Of a DNA stretch of 25,305 bases, positions 8,201 through 17,452 are shown in pieces (the stretch's first letter is position 1; each line of letters starts with the position of its first letter). The DNA is from a virus (Duplodnaviria > Caudoviricetes). A program made the position numbers and the translations under genes. Below the pieces are notes generated by a model. It saw only the letters and a list, made by a program, of their open reading frames with translations. It ran no database searches and had not been told where the DNA came from. Where the stretch lies: positions 1 through 25,305 of IMG/VR virus record IMGVR_UViG_3300016341_000017; one strand, written 5' to 3'.

Positions 8201-9745
8201 ATGCCGCTCGACGCCTCCATCCCTCTTCAGGTTCAGACGCCAAACCCGCTTCATTCTTTAGGGCAAGCGGTTCAGACTGCTAGCGGACTTCAGAGCCTGG
8301 CGAACGCTCGCCAAAACAACCAACTTCTGCAATTGCAGACGCAAAGCGCTCAGAACGATCTTCAGCAGAGCAACCAGCTTCAGTCCGAGCGCAACGCGTT
8401 CAGCTCTGCCATGCAGAACCCCAATGCCCCGTTCAAGAATCCGGACGGCACGATTGACTATGGCAAGTTGCAAAACTGGACGGCTACCAATACGCCTTTG
8501 ATCGGCAGCAAGTATGCAGATCAGATCCTTGGAACGGCAAAGAACGTTAATGACTATCGCTCGGCACTCAGCAGCATGTCGAACGATGACATGAACAGAG
8601 TCAACGCTGTAGTCCATTCGTTTATGGGGCCGCAAGGAACGCCGATCGTTCCTCCTCAAGCTATGGTCGCTCAGCTTGAAAACATCAAAAAGACTCTGAA
8701 CGGCCAGGGCGCAGGATACGTCGATCAGGTAATCAAGGGGATCTCTAGCCATGCAGGGAGCCCTCAAGAATTGCAGACTTCTCTAGGTCAATTGGCACGC
8801 GATACCACTCCGGCCAGTTCTCAAGCTTCGCAGCTTCAGAGCTCAACCGGGTTGCTCAATACCGGCGGGCAGAATGTTGCGTACTCGACCAATGCAGAAT
8901 ACGGGAAAGCGCCCGGCACGCTTACTGGCAATCCCGGAATCCCGAATGAGGTTGGCCCGGGCGAACGCCAGACTGTGGGCACGAATGCGCTTACTGGCGG
9001 ACCTACCGTTGTATCGAAGGACGCAAGCGGAAACGTTACGGGGATCACGAACCCGCCTACTTCGGGTGTCTACATCGCTCAGCCTGGCGATGCTCAAGAT
9101 CTTCCCGTGCTTTCAGCGGAGCGCGATCAGGCTCGCTCGATGTATAACAACGCCGGTCTTCAGCACAACAATAACCAACTCATCCTGCAAAACATAGATA
9201 GCGTTGGCGCTACGGGTCAATCGGGCAGTTGGTTTAGAAATATCGCGTCCGGCCTCGGCTTCAACCCTGGCGAGGCGAACAAGGACGGCAAGTTCGACCC
9301 GGCAACGGCGTACGATTTGGTCGGCAAGGGTCTGGAACGTTCTGCGCTTCAGGCGGCTCAATCTATGGGTCCGCAGACCAATGCAGGCCTAGCTGCTCAG
9401 GTAGCGGCGAACGGATCGACGCACTACACGCCAGCAGCGATCAAGGAAGTGACGAAGCTTAACGATGCCATCGTGACCGGCTCGCAGTCGTATCAGCCGG
9501 GACTGGAGCGCGCTATTGCCGCAAATCCTGCGGCTGGCGTGTTCGCCAAACGTCAGTTCGATCAACAGTGGGGCGCCAATTTCGATCCTGTTATCTATCA
9601 GTATTACAACGCGATCAAGTCTGGCGACAAGGGCGAACAAGCTGCCATCCTGAAGAAGCTTGGCGGCACTGGATCGGACGCGTACAAAGCGATGCTACAG
9701 AAGGCTAAGAACTTGCAGCAACTGTCGAATACGGGGAGCCTGTAA
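8201..9745 (+). CDS. Putative DNA ejection protein (gp20 position)
   Basis: 514 aa Gln/Asn/Gly/Ala-rich, Cys-free; MPLDASIPLQVQ start; lies between the gp7-like and SLT-containing genes. Confidence 0.68.
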   Translation: MPLDASIPLQVQTPNPLHSLGQAVQTASGLQSLANARQNNQLLQLQTQSAQNDLQQSNQLQSERNAFSSAMQNPNAPFKNPDGTIDYGKLQNWTATNTPLIGSKYADQILGTAKNVNDYRSALSSMSNDDMNRVNAVVHSFMGPQGTPIVPPQAMVAQLENIKKTLNGQGAGYVDQVIKGISSHAGSPQELQTSLGQLARDTTPASSQASQLQSSTGLLNTGGQNVAYSTNAEYGKAPGTLTGNPGIPNEVGPGERQTVGTNALTGGPTVVSKDASGNVTGITNPPTSGVYIAQPGDAQDLPVLSAERDQARSMYNNAGLQHNNNQLILQNIDSVGATGQSGSWFRNIASGLGFNPGEANKDGKFDPATAYDLVGKGLERSALQAAQSMGPQTNAGLAAQVAANGSTHYTPAAIKEVTKLNDAIVTGSQSYQPGLERAIAANPAAGVFAKRQFDQQWGANFDPVIYQYYNAIKSGDKGEQAAILKKLGGTGSDAYKAMLQKAKNLQQLSNTGSL

Positions 9746-9748
9746 TCA

Positions 9749-12376
9749 ATGGACGATCTTCTCGCTACGCTGCAAGGGGCAACGGGGCAACAGCAGCCTA
9801 CGCAGGCTGCTCCGTCCGCGCCTGTTCAGCAGTCGTCTGGGTTCGATCCGAATAAGAGTTATGGCACGCCGTCGAAGCTGCTCGATAACCTGACGATGAC
9901 GGAGAGTAGCAAAGACCCGCTGGCCGTCAACAAGACGACCGGCGCGATGGGTCCGTACCAGTTCATGCCGGCGACGCTAGCCATGATGCGCAAGCAGGGC
10001 ATCAAGTTCGATCCGTTCGACCCTGTGCAGGCGCGCAATGCTGCTGACTACTACATCCAGAAGCTTAAGTCTCAGAACGGCGGCACGTATCAAGGCGCTC
10101 TTAAGGCCTATGGTGGATTCGTAAAGCAGGACCCTAGTCAGTACATCGCCAAGGTAATGAACGGCGTAGACACGACTCAGGGCACGACTCCGGGTCAGTC
10201 TAGCGTTGGTCAGAAGGCGCCGGTTGACAATGGCCCGATGTCGGATCTGTTCTCGACGCTTCAGAGCGCGCCTCAGCAGCCCAAAGCGGCGGCTCCGGCT
10301 GCACCTGTGGCTCAGCAGCCTCAGAAACCGGCGCCGGCTCAGTCTAGCGGTCCGTTGGCTCAATTCGGACAGGGTGCGGTCGCTCTCGCGGATACCGCGC
10401 TTGGAGCTCCCGGTGCGGCGCTTTCGCAAGGTGAATACGCCGTACGTCGCGCACTCGGCCAATCTCCGGAACAGGCTCAAGCGGGATCTGAGAATGGAAT
10501 CGGCGCGTTCTTCAATCAGCCGGTAGCCAAGGCCGTTAATGGTATCGGACGCCTGTTCGGAGACAACACGGACATCCGAAACACGGCTGGCTATCAGGGC
10601 GAGGCATCGCAACGTCTGATGGGCGCCGTAGGGCAGGGTATTCAGGCCGGCTCTCAGGCTGTTTCTAATGCTACCGGCATCCCGGTTCAAGACGTTTCGA
10701 ACATGGCTCAAACGGGGCTTATGGCGGTCCCGGCTTTGGCGAAGAGGGCTGCTCCGGTTATCGGAGAGGCGGCGGTAGCTACGGCTGCTGACGACACGAA
10801 TTTCAGCAAGAGCGCGCCCCCGAAACCGACCGGCCCCGCAATGCAGGAGCGCGTCATGGCTGGCGGCGGCGCTGCCTCGGCGCAGTCGAATCCCTACCCG
10901 GTATTCACGGGAGAGGAAAGCGCGCGAGGTCAGTTCCCGCAGGTGAAATCTTCGAAAGTCGCTCAGGACGTTACGCCGGCAGAGCAATCGGTTCGAGCTG
11001 GCATCGTCAACGAAATCATGGGCGAGAACGCCGGGCAAGCGCGAACGGGCGTTCTCACAGGCAACGAAAATACGCTTCGTGATGAGCATGCTGCGGCCAA
11101 ATCTCCGCAAGAAACGCCGGCGAATCAGGCCATGAAAGCGCAGATGGCATCTGAGCAAAACGCGCTTTCAAACTACGCTCAGGAACGCGTGAATGCCACT
11201 GGAGCGAATCCTACGCTCATCAATAACGAGCAACGCGGTAATGTCATCAATGATGCCTTTACTGGTCCGGATGGTCTCAGCGATTACTTCAGGCAGGCAA
11301 AGCAGCAAATCTACGATCAGGCTCGCCAGACTTCAGGCGATAACCCGATCAAGACTACGCACGTCGATGAACTCCTGAAAGATCCTCAATTCCTGGCTGA
11401 GGCAGAACGCAGCGGAAATTCCGGTACGGTTTCGGGCATCACGAAGCTTATGGACCTGGCGCGCAATACCGGGTTCAAGGATCAGCTGAGCGGTAGCGTC
11501 ACTCAACCTGGTAGCGTTGCGGCATGGGATGCCATTCGAAAGTCGAATAACGCAGATTGGACGCCTGAGAAAGCGCGAACGATCGGAGCTATCAACCGCG
11601 CCATAGATCAAGATATCGCGGCGGCGGCAGGCTCTGAGGCGTACAAGCTTGGCGACGCTATCCACCGTGCTCAACAGAACATCATGGGCGCTCCGGCCTT
11701 CAAGAAGGTTTTCGGAGAGGCAGATTCAAACGGGATTTCTTCGGGGGTTGCTGCCGAGCAGATTCCAGGGAAATTGAACAATATGCGCCTCGATCAATGG
11801 CGACATATTTACAACACTCTGGATGATCTTTCGCGCGGTCAAATCTCCGGAGCTCCCGAAGGTATCCCCGCTGTTCCGACCGAATTGCAACAGATGGCGG
11901 CAGCGGCTAAGAATGAAATGCAGGGTGCTCTTGCTCGCGAAGTCTATGAACAGGGAGCATCTAAAGCTGGCGTATGGAATCAGAACAGCGTAAATAAGAC
12001 TCTGAATTCTGTTGTTGGTGAGAAGATTCTCCAAACTTTCCCGCCTGATGAGGTAGCTAAGTTCCACACCCTGAATTACGGCGGTCAGATTATGCCTGGC
12101 GTGCATTCGTACGAAGGCGCGGCGCAGCAGGCAGCACGGCTGAATAAACCCGGGTTCGTTGAGAAATACGCACCAAGCGCTGGCGCTGCCGTTGGCGGGG
12201 CGATAGGGCATGCGATTCCTGTCCCTGGCGCTGGTGTTCTTGGCACGCTTGGAGGGACTAAAGTAGGCGGCGGAATTGGTAAACTAGCGGAGTCACGAAG
12301 GGCGTCAAAACAGCTTGAATCGCTCAATAAAGAGCTTCGCGCAAATTCGCAGAAAGGATTAGACCGTCTGCGGTGA
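9749..12376 (+). CDS. Large ejection protein (gp16 position) with N-terminal lytic transglycosylase (SLT/GH23) domain
   Basis: MTESSKDPLAVN (catalytic ES), GAMGPYQFMPAT, ALKAYGG, YIAKV motifs, followed by a long Ala/Gln-rich helical region. Confidence 0.82.
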   Translation: MDDLLATLQGATGQQQPTQAAPSAPVQQSSGFDPNKSYGTPSKLLDNLTMTESSKDPLAVNKTTGAMGPYQFMPATLAMMRKQGIKFDPFDPVQARNAADYYIQKLKSQNGGTYQGALKAYGGFVKQDPSQYIAKVMNGVDTTQGTTPGQSSVGQKAPVDNGPMSDLFSTLQSAPQQPKAAAPAAPVAQQPQKPAPAQSSGPLAQFGQGAVALADTALGAPGAALSQGEYAVRRALGQSPEQAQAGSENGIGAFFNQPVAKAVNGIGRLFGDNTDIRNTAGYQGEASQRLMGAVGQGIQAGSQAVSNATGIPVQDVSNMAQTGLMAVPALAKRAAPVIGEAAVATAADDTNFSKSAPPKPTGPAMQERVMAGGGAASAQSNPYPVFTGEESARGQFPQVKSSKVAQDVTPAEQSVRAGIVNEIMGENAGQARTGVLTGNENTLRDEHAAAKSPQETPANQAMKAQMASEQNALSNYAQERVNATGANPTLINNEQRGNVINDAFTGPDGLSDYFRQAKQQIYDQARQTSGDNPIKTTHVDELLKDPQFLAEAERSGNSGTVSGITKLMDLARNTGFKDQLSGSVTQPGSVAAWDAIRKSNNADWTPEKARTIGAINRAIDQDIAAAAGSEAYKLGDAIHRAQQNIMGAPAFKKVFGEADSNGISSGVAAEQIPGKLNNMRLDQWRHIYNTLDDLSRGQISGAPEGIPAVPTELQQMAAAAKNEMQGALAREVYEQGASKAGVWNQNSVNKTLNSVVGEKILQTFPPDEVAKFHTLNYGGQIMPGVHSYEGAAQQAARLNKPGFVEKYAPSAGAAVGGAIGHAIPVPGAGVLGTLGGTKVGGGIGKLAESRRASKQLESLNKELRANSQKGLDRLR

Positions 12377-12378
12377 GT

Positions 12379-12395
12379 ATTGAGATAATCACAAT
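12379..12395. promoter_or_regulatory. 17-bp dyad motif, copy 2 (putative operator)
   Basis: ATTGAGATAATCACAAT in the 36-bp intergenic gap before tailspike 1; the dyad extends to TATTGAGAT-A-ATCACAATA with one mismatch. Confidence 0.7.
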
Positions 12396-12412
12396 ATTTC
12401 AGGGGTAGGTAA

Positions 12413-14632
12413 ATGCCTGCAACGCTTCTGCCAAACGCAGAGACACAGTTCGCCGATAACAACGGGAAACCGCTTGCAGGCGGCTCCGTTTATTTCTACG
12501 TGCCGAATACGACTACGTTCAAAGCGACGTGGAAAGATTCCGCACAGACTATCCTGAATACGAACCCTGTCATCCTTGACGGAGGCGGTCGAGCGATCAT
12601 TTGGGGTTCCGGCGTCTATCGGCAAGTCGTCTACGATGTCCATGGAAACCTGATTTGGGATCAGATCACCGAAGACACAAGCGCGGGCCTGTTCGGGAAC
12701 ATCACGGACAACGTGTATCTGTCGGGGACGGGATTTACTCCGGGCACGACTACTCAGCTTACGATTTCGACGGCACCCGGCTCTCCCGCGAATATGTGGG
12801 TGTTCTTTGACGGCGTTTTCCAGACGGCTGATACGTACTCGATTTCTGGCACTACGGTTACGTTCAATGCGCCTATCCCGGTCGGCGTGCAGGAAGTCAC
12901 GATCAAGGTTGGTAGCACAATTGCGATTGGTGCTCCTGGCACTGGCACGGTCACGAACGATTCCGTAGCCAACAACGCAGCTATCAGCAGCTCGAAGCTT
13001 GCATTCCTCGCAAGCGGCGCCGGCGCAGTCTCGCGCACCGTTCAATCCAAGCTCTCCGATTGGATCTCAGTTAAGGACTACGGCGCGAAGGGCGATGGCG
13101 TTACCGACGATACGGCATCCATTAAGGCCACGATTGCCTATGCTGGAGCCATTGGCGGCGGCACAGTCTATTTCCCTGCTGGCACATATCTTGTTTCGTC
13201 TCCGATCCCACTGACGCTTCCTAACGTCCAGCTGTGGGGGAATTCTGCCTACAGCGCGACGATCACGGTTCCGAGCAATGCTACGGGCTTCATCGGCTAT
13301 AACCCGAATGCTGTTTTCATCCTGAACGCGAACAATTGCGGAATCTCGAATCTCGGGATGGATGGGAATATCGCCAATAACACGTCGCAATCCTTTGGGG
13401 CAATTTCCACCACTATTTCCGTCTCGGGCATCTACGTCACGGACTGCTACATCCACGATTTCATCTATAACGGGATCGTGACCCAGCCGGCATCCGGCGC
13501 AGTGTCTAACTTCAAGATCGAGCGCAATCGACTCCAAAACATCGGGTGGGGCGGCATCAACGCATGGTGCACGACCAACGGTTCGATCAAGGATAACTCC
13601 GTCATTTCGTGCGGATCAAACGGCATCTTGACCGGCTATGCCTCGCAGGTGTCTAACTTCAACGTTAGCCAGTACATCACGATTACGGGCAACTACGTCT
13701 CAAAGGCTGTACCTCCTACCGCTACCGTAGGCGCGGCTGCGGAAAACGGGTTCATGATCGTTATAGGCGCCGGCGATAGCTACATCACGGTTAGCGACAA
13801 CGTCTGCAATGACAACCGAAATGCGGCAGAAGATGGCATTGGCTTAGGTCAAGATGGCACGCGCATTAACGAAGGATTGGTTTTCGATTCCAACGTTGTA
13901 ATTTATGCTGGGCTGTACGGGATCGACGTTGCCTCTAACCATGTGGTGAGCAACAATTACATTCGATATTCAGCGCAGCAGGGCATCAAGCTTGGCACGG
14001 ATCAGGGTGGAAATCTGACCGATGCCATCGTTATCGGCAACATCATTGACAGTTGCAATTTCGCAGGTACCGGATCGAATCAAGGTATTTGGGTTGCAGC
14101 TACGCTTACCGGCGCGCATCCGACTGCGCTTTATCAGAATATCCAGATCGAGGATAACCTCGTCATTGATTTCAACTCGCCCGCGCATACGGTCTACGGC
14201 CTAGGCATCGCGTTCCAGAACAATCTTACCTATAACAATTGCTCGTTCAATGATAACGACTGGAGCCAGCTCGCAGGCGTAAACGGCAACGCTATGAACT
14301 ACTCCGGATCTCCTGCCGCGCAGACCGGTTGGACGTTCAAGGGTAATAAGCATCCGTCCGCGCTCCCAGTCGTTACTGGATCTGTTCTGAGTGTTCTAGG
14401 TCTTGATAACGCCACTGTTACTCAACCGGGCGCGACGAACGTAACGAACGTTATTGGTATCTACTCCGGTCAAAATCTGACGCTTCAGCAGGGGGACGGC
14501 AACACTACCTATGTGATTGGTGGAAACATTCTGCTTCAAAGCGGAACTCCCGTTGCTGCTGCATCGAACAGCATTATCAAGATGTTCTCCTACAGCGGTA
14601 GCATGTACCTAAACAAATTCTTCACGCCATGA
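12413..14632 (+). CDS. Tailspike 1: virion-anchoring N-terminus, duplicated adaptor domain and right-handed beta-helix (pectate-lyase-3-like) depolymerase
   Basis: N-terminal QFADNNGKPLAGGSVYFY...NTNPVILDGGGRA; SRTVQSKLSDWISVKDYGAKGDGVTDDT...GGGTVYFPAGTYLVS; Asn-ladder beta-helix repeats. Confidence 0.9.
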   Translation: MPATLLPNAETQFADNNGKPLAGGSVYFYVPNTTTFKATWKDSAQTILNTNPVILDGGGRAIIWGSGVYRQVVYDVHGNLIWDQITEDTSAGLFGNITDNVYLSGTGFTPGTTTQLTISTAPGSPANMWVFFDGVFQTADTYSISGTTVTFNAPIPVGVQEVTIKVGSTIAIGAPGTGTVTNDSVANNAAISSSKLAFLASGAGAVSRTVQSKLSDWISVKDYGAKGDGVTDDTASIKATIAYAGAIGGGTVYFPAGTYLVSSPIPLTLPNVQLWGNSAYSATITVPSNATGFIGYNPNAVFILNANNCGISNLGMDGNIANNTSQSFGAISTTISVSGIYVTDCYIHDFIYNGIVTQPASGAVSNFKIERNRLQNIGWGGINAWCTTNGSIKDNSVISCGSNGILTGYASQVSNFNVSQYITITGNYVSKAVPPTATVGAAAENGFMIVIGAGDSYITVSDNVCNDNRNAAEDGIGLGQDGTRINEGLVFDSNVVIYAGLYGIDVASNHVVSNNYIRYSAQQGIKLGTDQGGNLTDAIVIGNIIDSCNFAGTGSNQGIWVAATLTGAHPTALYQNIQIEDNLVIDFNSPAHTVYGLGIAFQNNLTYNNCSFNDNDWSQLAGVNGNAMNYSGSPAAQTGWTFKGNKHPSALPVVTGSVLSVLGLDNATVTQPGATNVTNVIGIYSGQNLTLQQGDGNTTYVIGGNILLQSGTPVAAASNSIIKMFSYSGSMYLNKFFTP
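12701..12910 (+). repeat. Copy B of the duplicated 70-codon domain (copy A at 6091-6300)
   Basis: ITDNVYLSGTGFTPGTTT...WVFFDGVFQ...YSISGTTVTF...IPVGV. Confidence 0.9.
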
Positions 14633-16323
14633 AAAAGAAAATTCTTGCCTTCACTATTGGTGTTTTCTCAACACTGGTAGGTGCCGCAACGACAAATCCG
14701 GTTCAGCTTCTTAATCCGGCCGGGTCTACTTCCGGACAGGCTGTTGTCTCGACTGGGCCTAGCAGCGCGCCTTCGTGGGGCAGTGTTGCTGCGGGTTCTA
14801 CAAGTTTCACTCAGACTGGAACTGGAGCGATTACGCGCAGTCTTGGCGCGCGTGCTCAGGATTATATTGATGCAGCTGACTTCGGCGTGAAGTGTGATGG
14901 TGTGACTAACAACACGACTGCGTTCAACAATGCAGTTGCTGCCGCACAAGCTGCAAACCGCCCTTTGTATATCTTCAGCAATGGCGGTACTTGCATGACG
15001 GATCTTATCAACTACGGCACGCCGAATAATCAGATTTCCATATACGGTGATGGTGCCACGCTGCAAAAGATCACGAATGATGGCAACCCTGTTATGCAGA
15101 TCGGCAGCTTGTCGATGACGCATTACATTGGTCCCATCACAATATCTGGTCTTATTTTTAGTGGTTTCTCCGCTTCAACCACGCCGGCAGCGCTCCTGTC
15201 GTATGACCTCGTGCGTTCAAAGTTTTCCAGCAACACCTTCCAGAACGCTCAGGTCGGCCATCTTGCTTGGGGGGAAATTTCAAACTATTACCAAGACAAC
15301 ATTTTCCAGAATAACCAGATCGGCTATCGAGCTGATGCGAACGCGTCGCTCTTTGGCGGCGGCATCCCGAATCTCATCACTATGATTGGGAATCGGTACG
15401 TCAATAACTCGACATATGGAATTTTTTACAACGGCGGGAATGAGCTTCTTGTAAAGGGTTTCGACATCGAAGGCAACGGAACGACAGGTACTCCGGCATC
15501 TGGCGGGGCATACATTGCCGCTCTTTCATCCGGAGTCGGCGCAAGCTTCGATAGCGGTTGGTTCGAGGCAAATGCCGGCGGCCAAAACCTATGGCTTAAC
15601 TCAGGTCAGAACGATGTTCGCTCTACGATGTTCATTGCGTCCCCTAACGCGACAAACGATATCAAAATTTCGGCTGGGAATTATTCTCTGAAGAACGTCG
15701 TGTGCGTCAACAGCAAGTCCCCCAATATTCTCGAAAGTTCTTCATCAACTGGTAATACTATCGATGATACGTTCTGCCCGAATGTGACTTTCAACGCAGC
15801 AAACACAAAAGTATTCTCGCCTACTGGCGGTAATTCGATCAATGGCAATACCAATTTCACCGGCTCCATTCAGCCTTCCTCGACTGGCGGAATCGTCGGC
15901 ACCACCCTGGCAGATGCAGCTAATGCGGGCAGCGTTGGCCAAGTCGTTTCCAGCAACGTTGCTGTAGGGTCGGCTATCTCTCTTACTAGCGGAACTGCGG
16001 CAAACATCACGTCTATCAGTCTCCCGGCAGGCGATTGGGATGTATGGGGTACCGTTGCAACTAACCCCGCGGGCACTACTACTCAATCCTTTACGCAAGC
16101 ATCCATCAGCACCGTATCTGCGACTATTCAAACATCGCCTAACGGTGGCGGAACAGCAATTTACCCATATACCGTTGCTGGCGGAAATCCGGTAACAGTG
16201 CCCGCCGGAACGCGACAAATCAACGTTAGCACGACGACGACTGTTTATCTCGTCATCAACTCTACGTTCGCAACTTCCACAAATACTGCCTACGGGTTCA
16301 TTGGCGCTCGTCGCCGTCGCTAA
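14629..16323 (+). CDS. Tailspike-like protein 2: signal-peptide-like N-terminus, beta-helix domain and C-terminal beta-sandwich
   Basis: ATGA overlap; MKKKILAFTIGVFSTLVGA|A; FTQTGTGAITRSLGARAQDYIDAADFGVKCDGVTNNT beta-helix entry motif; C-terminal SLPAGDWDVWG...GFIGARRRR. Confidence 0.82.
   Translation: MKKKILAFTIGVFSTLVGAATTNPVQLLNPAGSTSGQAVVSTGPSSAPSWGSVAAGSTSFTQTGTGAITRSLGARAQDYIDAADFGVKCDGVTNNTTAFNNAVAAAQAANRPLYIFSNGGTCMTDLINYGTPNNQISIYGDGATLQKITNDGNPVMQIGSLSMTHYIGPITISGLIFSGFSASTTPAALLSYDLVRSKFSSNTFQNAQVGHLAWGEISNYYQDNIFQNNQIGYRADANASLFGGGIPNLITMIGNRYVNNSTYGIFYNGGNELLVKGFDIEGNGTTGTPASGGAYIAALSSGVGASFDSGWFEANAGGQNLWLNSGQNDVRSTMFIASPNATNDIKISAGNYSLKNVVCVNSKSPNILESSSSTGNTIDDTFCPNVTFNAANTKVFSPTGGNSINGNTNFTGSIQPSSTGGIVGTTLADAANAGSVGQVVSSNVAVGSAISLTSGTAANITSISLPAGDWDVWGTVATNPAGTTTQSFTQASISTVSATIQTSPNGGGTAIYPYTVAGGNPVTVPAGTRQINVSTTTTVYLVINSTFATSTNTAYGFIGARRRR
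14656..14672. promoter_or_regulatory. 17-bp dyad motif, copy 3 (more degenerate)
   Basis: ATTGGTGTTTTCTCAAC (reverse complement GTTGAGAAAACACCAAT), starting 27 nt into the tailspike-2 gene. Confidence 0.45.
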
Positions 16324-16357
16324 AAACATATACGGCCATCATCAATACGGGGTAACT

Positions 16358-16696
16358 ATGCCGACCATCGAAGATTTGCACGCGGCCGATAGGGAGCACG
16401 CAATGGCAATCGAAGCACTTAGGGCGCGTCTAGTCGCTCACGACGAAACCCTTGACCGCCACGAGCGCCATCTAGCAAAACTTGATGAGACGGTTGTGAT
16501 GCTCCGAGAGGGGCTGATGACGGTAGCGAAGAAGGACGATATTTCCGATCTTCGCCGGGACATTAACGATAAGTTCGATAAGCGCTTGACTGACGCTCAC
16601 AATTCGATCCCGGCCAAGTTCGCGGCGGTCTGTGCGGCCGGCATGTTCCTGCTTGCAGCGATCACACTGGCTCTGAACGTAGTGCGGCATGGATAA
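16358..16696 (+). CDS. Coiled-coil protein with a C-terminal transmembrane helix (lysis-region membrane protein)
   Basis: ATG at 16358 with GGGG RBS preferred to the track start at 16301; 112 aa; heptad-like N-terminal region; FAAVCAAGMFLLAAITLALNVV. Confidence 0.72.
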   Translation: MPTIEDLHAADREHAMAIEALRARLVAHDETLDRHERHLAKLDETVVMLREGLMTVAKKDDISDLRRDINDKFDKRLTDAHNSIPAKFAAVCAAGMFLLAAITLALNVVRHG

Positions 16697-17048
16697 GGTT
16701 CTACGGATCTATCTGACGGTCAGGAAGCCGCGAAACTTCCTGATTATCCTGATTGCGTTTGTCGCGTGCTCGCTGCTGGCCCATGAGTTCTTGGGCTATG
16801 ACGTCGAATTTGGAATCACGAACCTGTCTCTTTCGGTCGAGGCGACGATTGCCGGTGCTGTGCTTATGGTGGTAGCGGAAGAGTCCGCAGAGCTCCAGAG
16901 AACGACTGTCGCAGCTCAGGGAAGGATGCTTGAGGCGCTAGTATCTATGGCTGAGGCAGAGCGCGACGCGATGCGAACTCAAGGTGAACTTTTGCGGGCG
17001 ATCAAGAGTCAGGATGAACGGTTGCTCGCAGCATTGGAGGGGAGATGA
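16689..17048 (+). CDS. Two-TM membrane protein with a C-terminal helical tail (holin/antiholin candidate)
   Basis: FLIILIAFVACSLLA and LSLSVEATIAGAVLMVVA hydrophobic segments; overlaps both neighbours. Confidence 0.65.
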   Translation: MDKVLRIYLTVRKPRNFLIILIAFVACSLLAHEFLGYDVEFGITNLSLSVEATIAGAVLMVVAEESAELQRTTVAAQGRMLEALVSMAEAERDAMRTQGELLRAIKSQDERLLAALEGR

Positions 17049-17452
17049 TTCCGAGAGGCATCAGAAATAACAACCCAGGAAATATCCGGTGGGGCGATTC
17101 ATGGGCAGGCCTCGTGCCTCGTTCCTCCCGCATGGATCCTACGTTCTGTCAGTTCGTTGATCCTGTGTATGGAATCCGTGCAATCGCTAGGATCCTCGGC
17201 ACGTACTATGACATTTACCGTCTGTACACCGTGCGAGGCATCATCAGCCGATGGGCGCCGCCGAATGAAAACGATACCGAATCGTACATTCAAAACGTGG
17301 CGAAGCAATGCGGCGTAAAACCCGACGACGTTCTGCATATACATGTGGACAGTGTTCTGATGGGACTCATCAAAGGGATCATCCAGCATGAGAACGGCGA
17401 GCAACCGTATCCAGATCAACTGATAGAGCAGGGCATCCAACTAGCCAAATGA
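17045..17452 (+). CDS. Probable endolysin (RGIRNNNPGNI family, lysozyme-like)
   Basis: GGAGG RBS; RGIRNNNPGNIR, YGIRA, IISRWAPPNENDT, IIQHENG; flanked by small membrane genes; no other soluble lysin candidate in the block. Confidence 0.75.
   Translation: MIPRGIRNNNPGNIRWGDSWAGLVPRSSRMDPTFCQFVDPVYGIRAIARILGTYYDIYRLYTVRGIISRWAPPNENDTESYIQNVAKQCGVKPDDVLHIHVDSVLMGLIKGIIQHENGEQPYPDQLIEQGIQLAK

Noticed and set aside
9977-11158. Long antisense ORFs (393 aa here; also 1810-2661, 2851-3588, 24604-25299)
   Set aside because: Shadows of well-supported genes on the opposite strand in GC-rich DNA, with Arg/Ser-rich composition and no motifs.
12379-12395. The 17-bp motif as a host Fur, FNR or parS site
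   Set aside because: The Fur-type TGAGAATnATTCTCA has 5 nt between TGAGA and TCTCA whereas this has 3; FNR is TTGAT-N4-ATCAA; typical parS sites are even 16-bp palindromes. Another host regulator is not excluded.
6091-12910. Duplicated segment as a diversity-generating retroelement TR/VR pair
   Set aside because: Differences are not adenine-specific, both copies are in frame within genes, and no reverse transcriptase is in the window.
16301-16357. Track start sites at 16301, 19063, 19926, 20114, 18276 and 23689
   Set aside because: Downstream starts have better RBS and/or stop-start coupling and avoid long overlaps.
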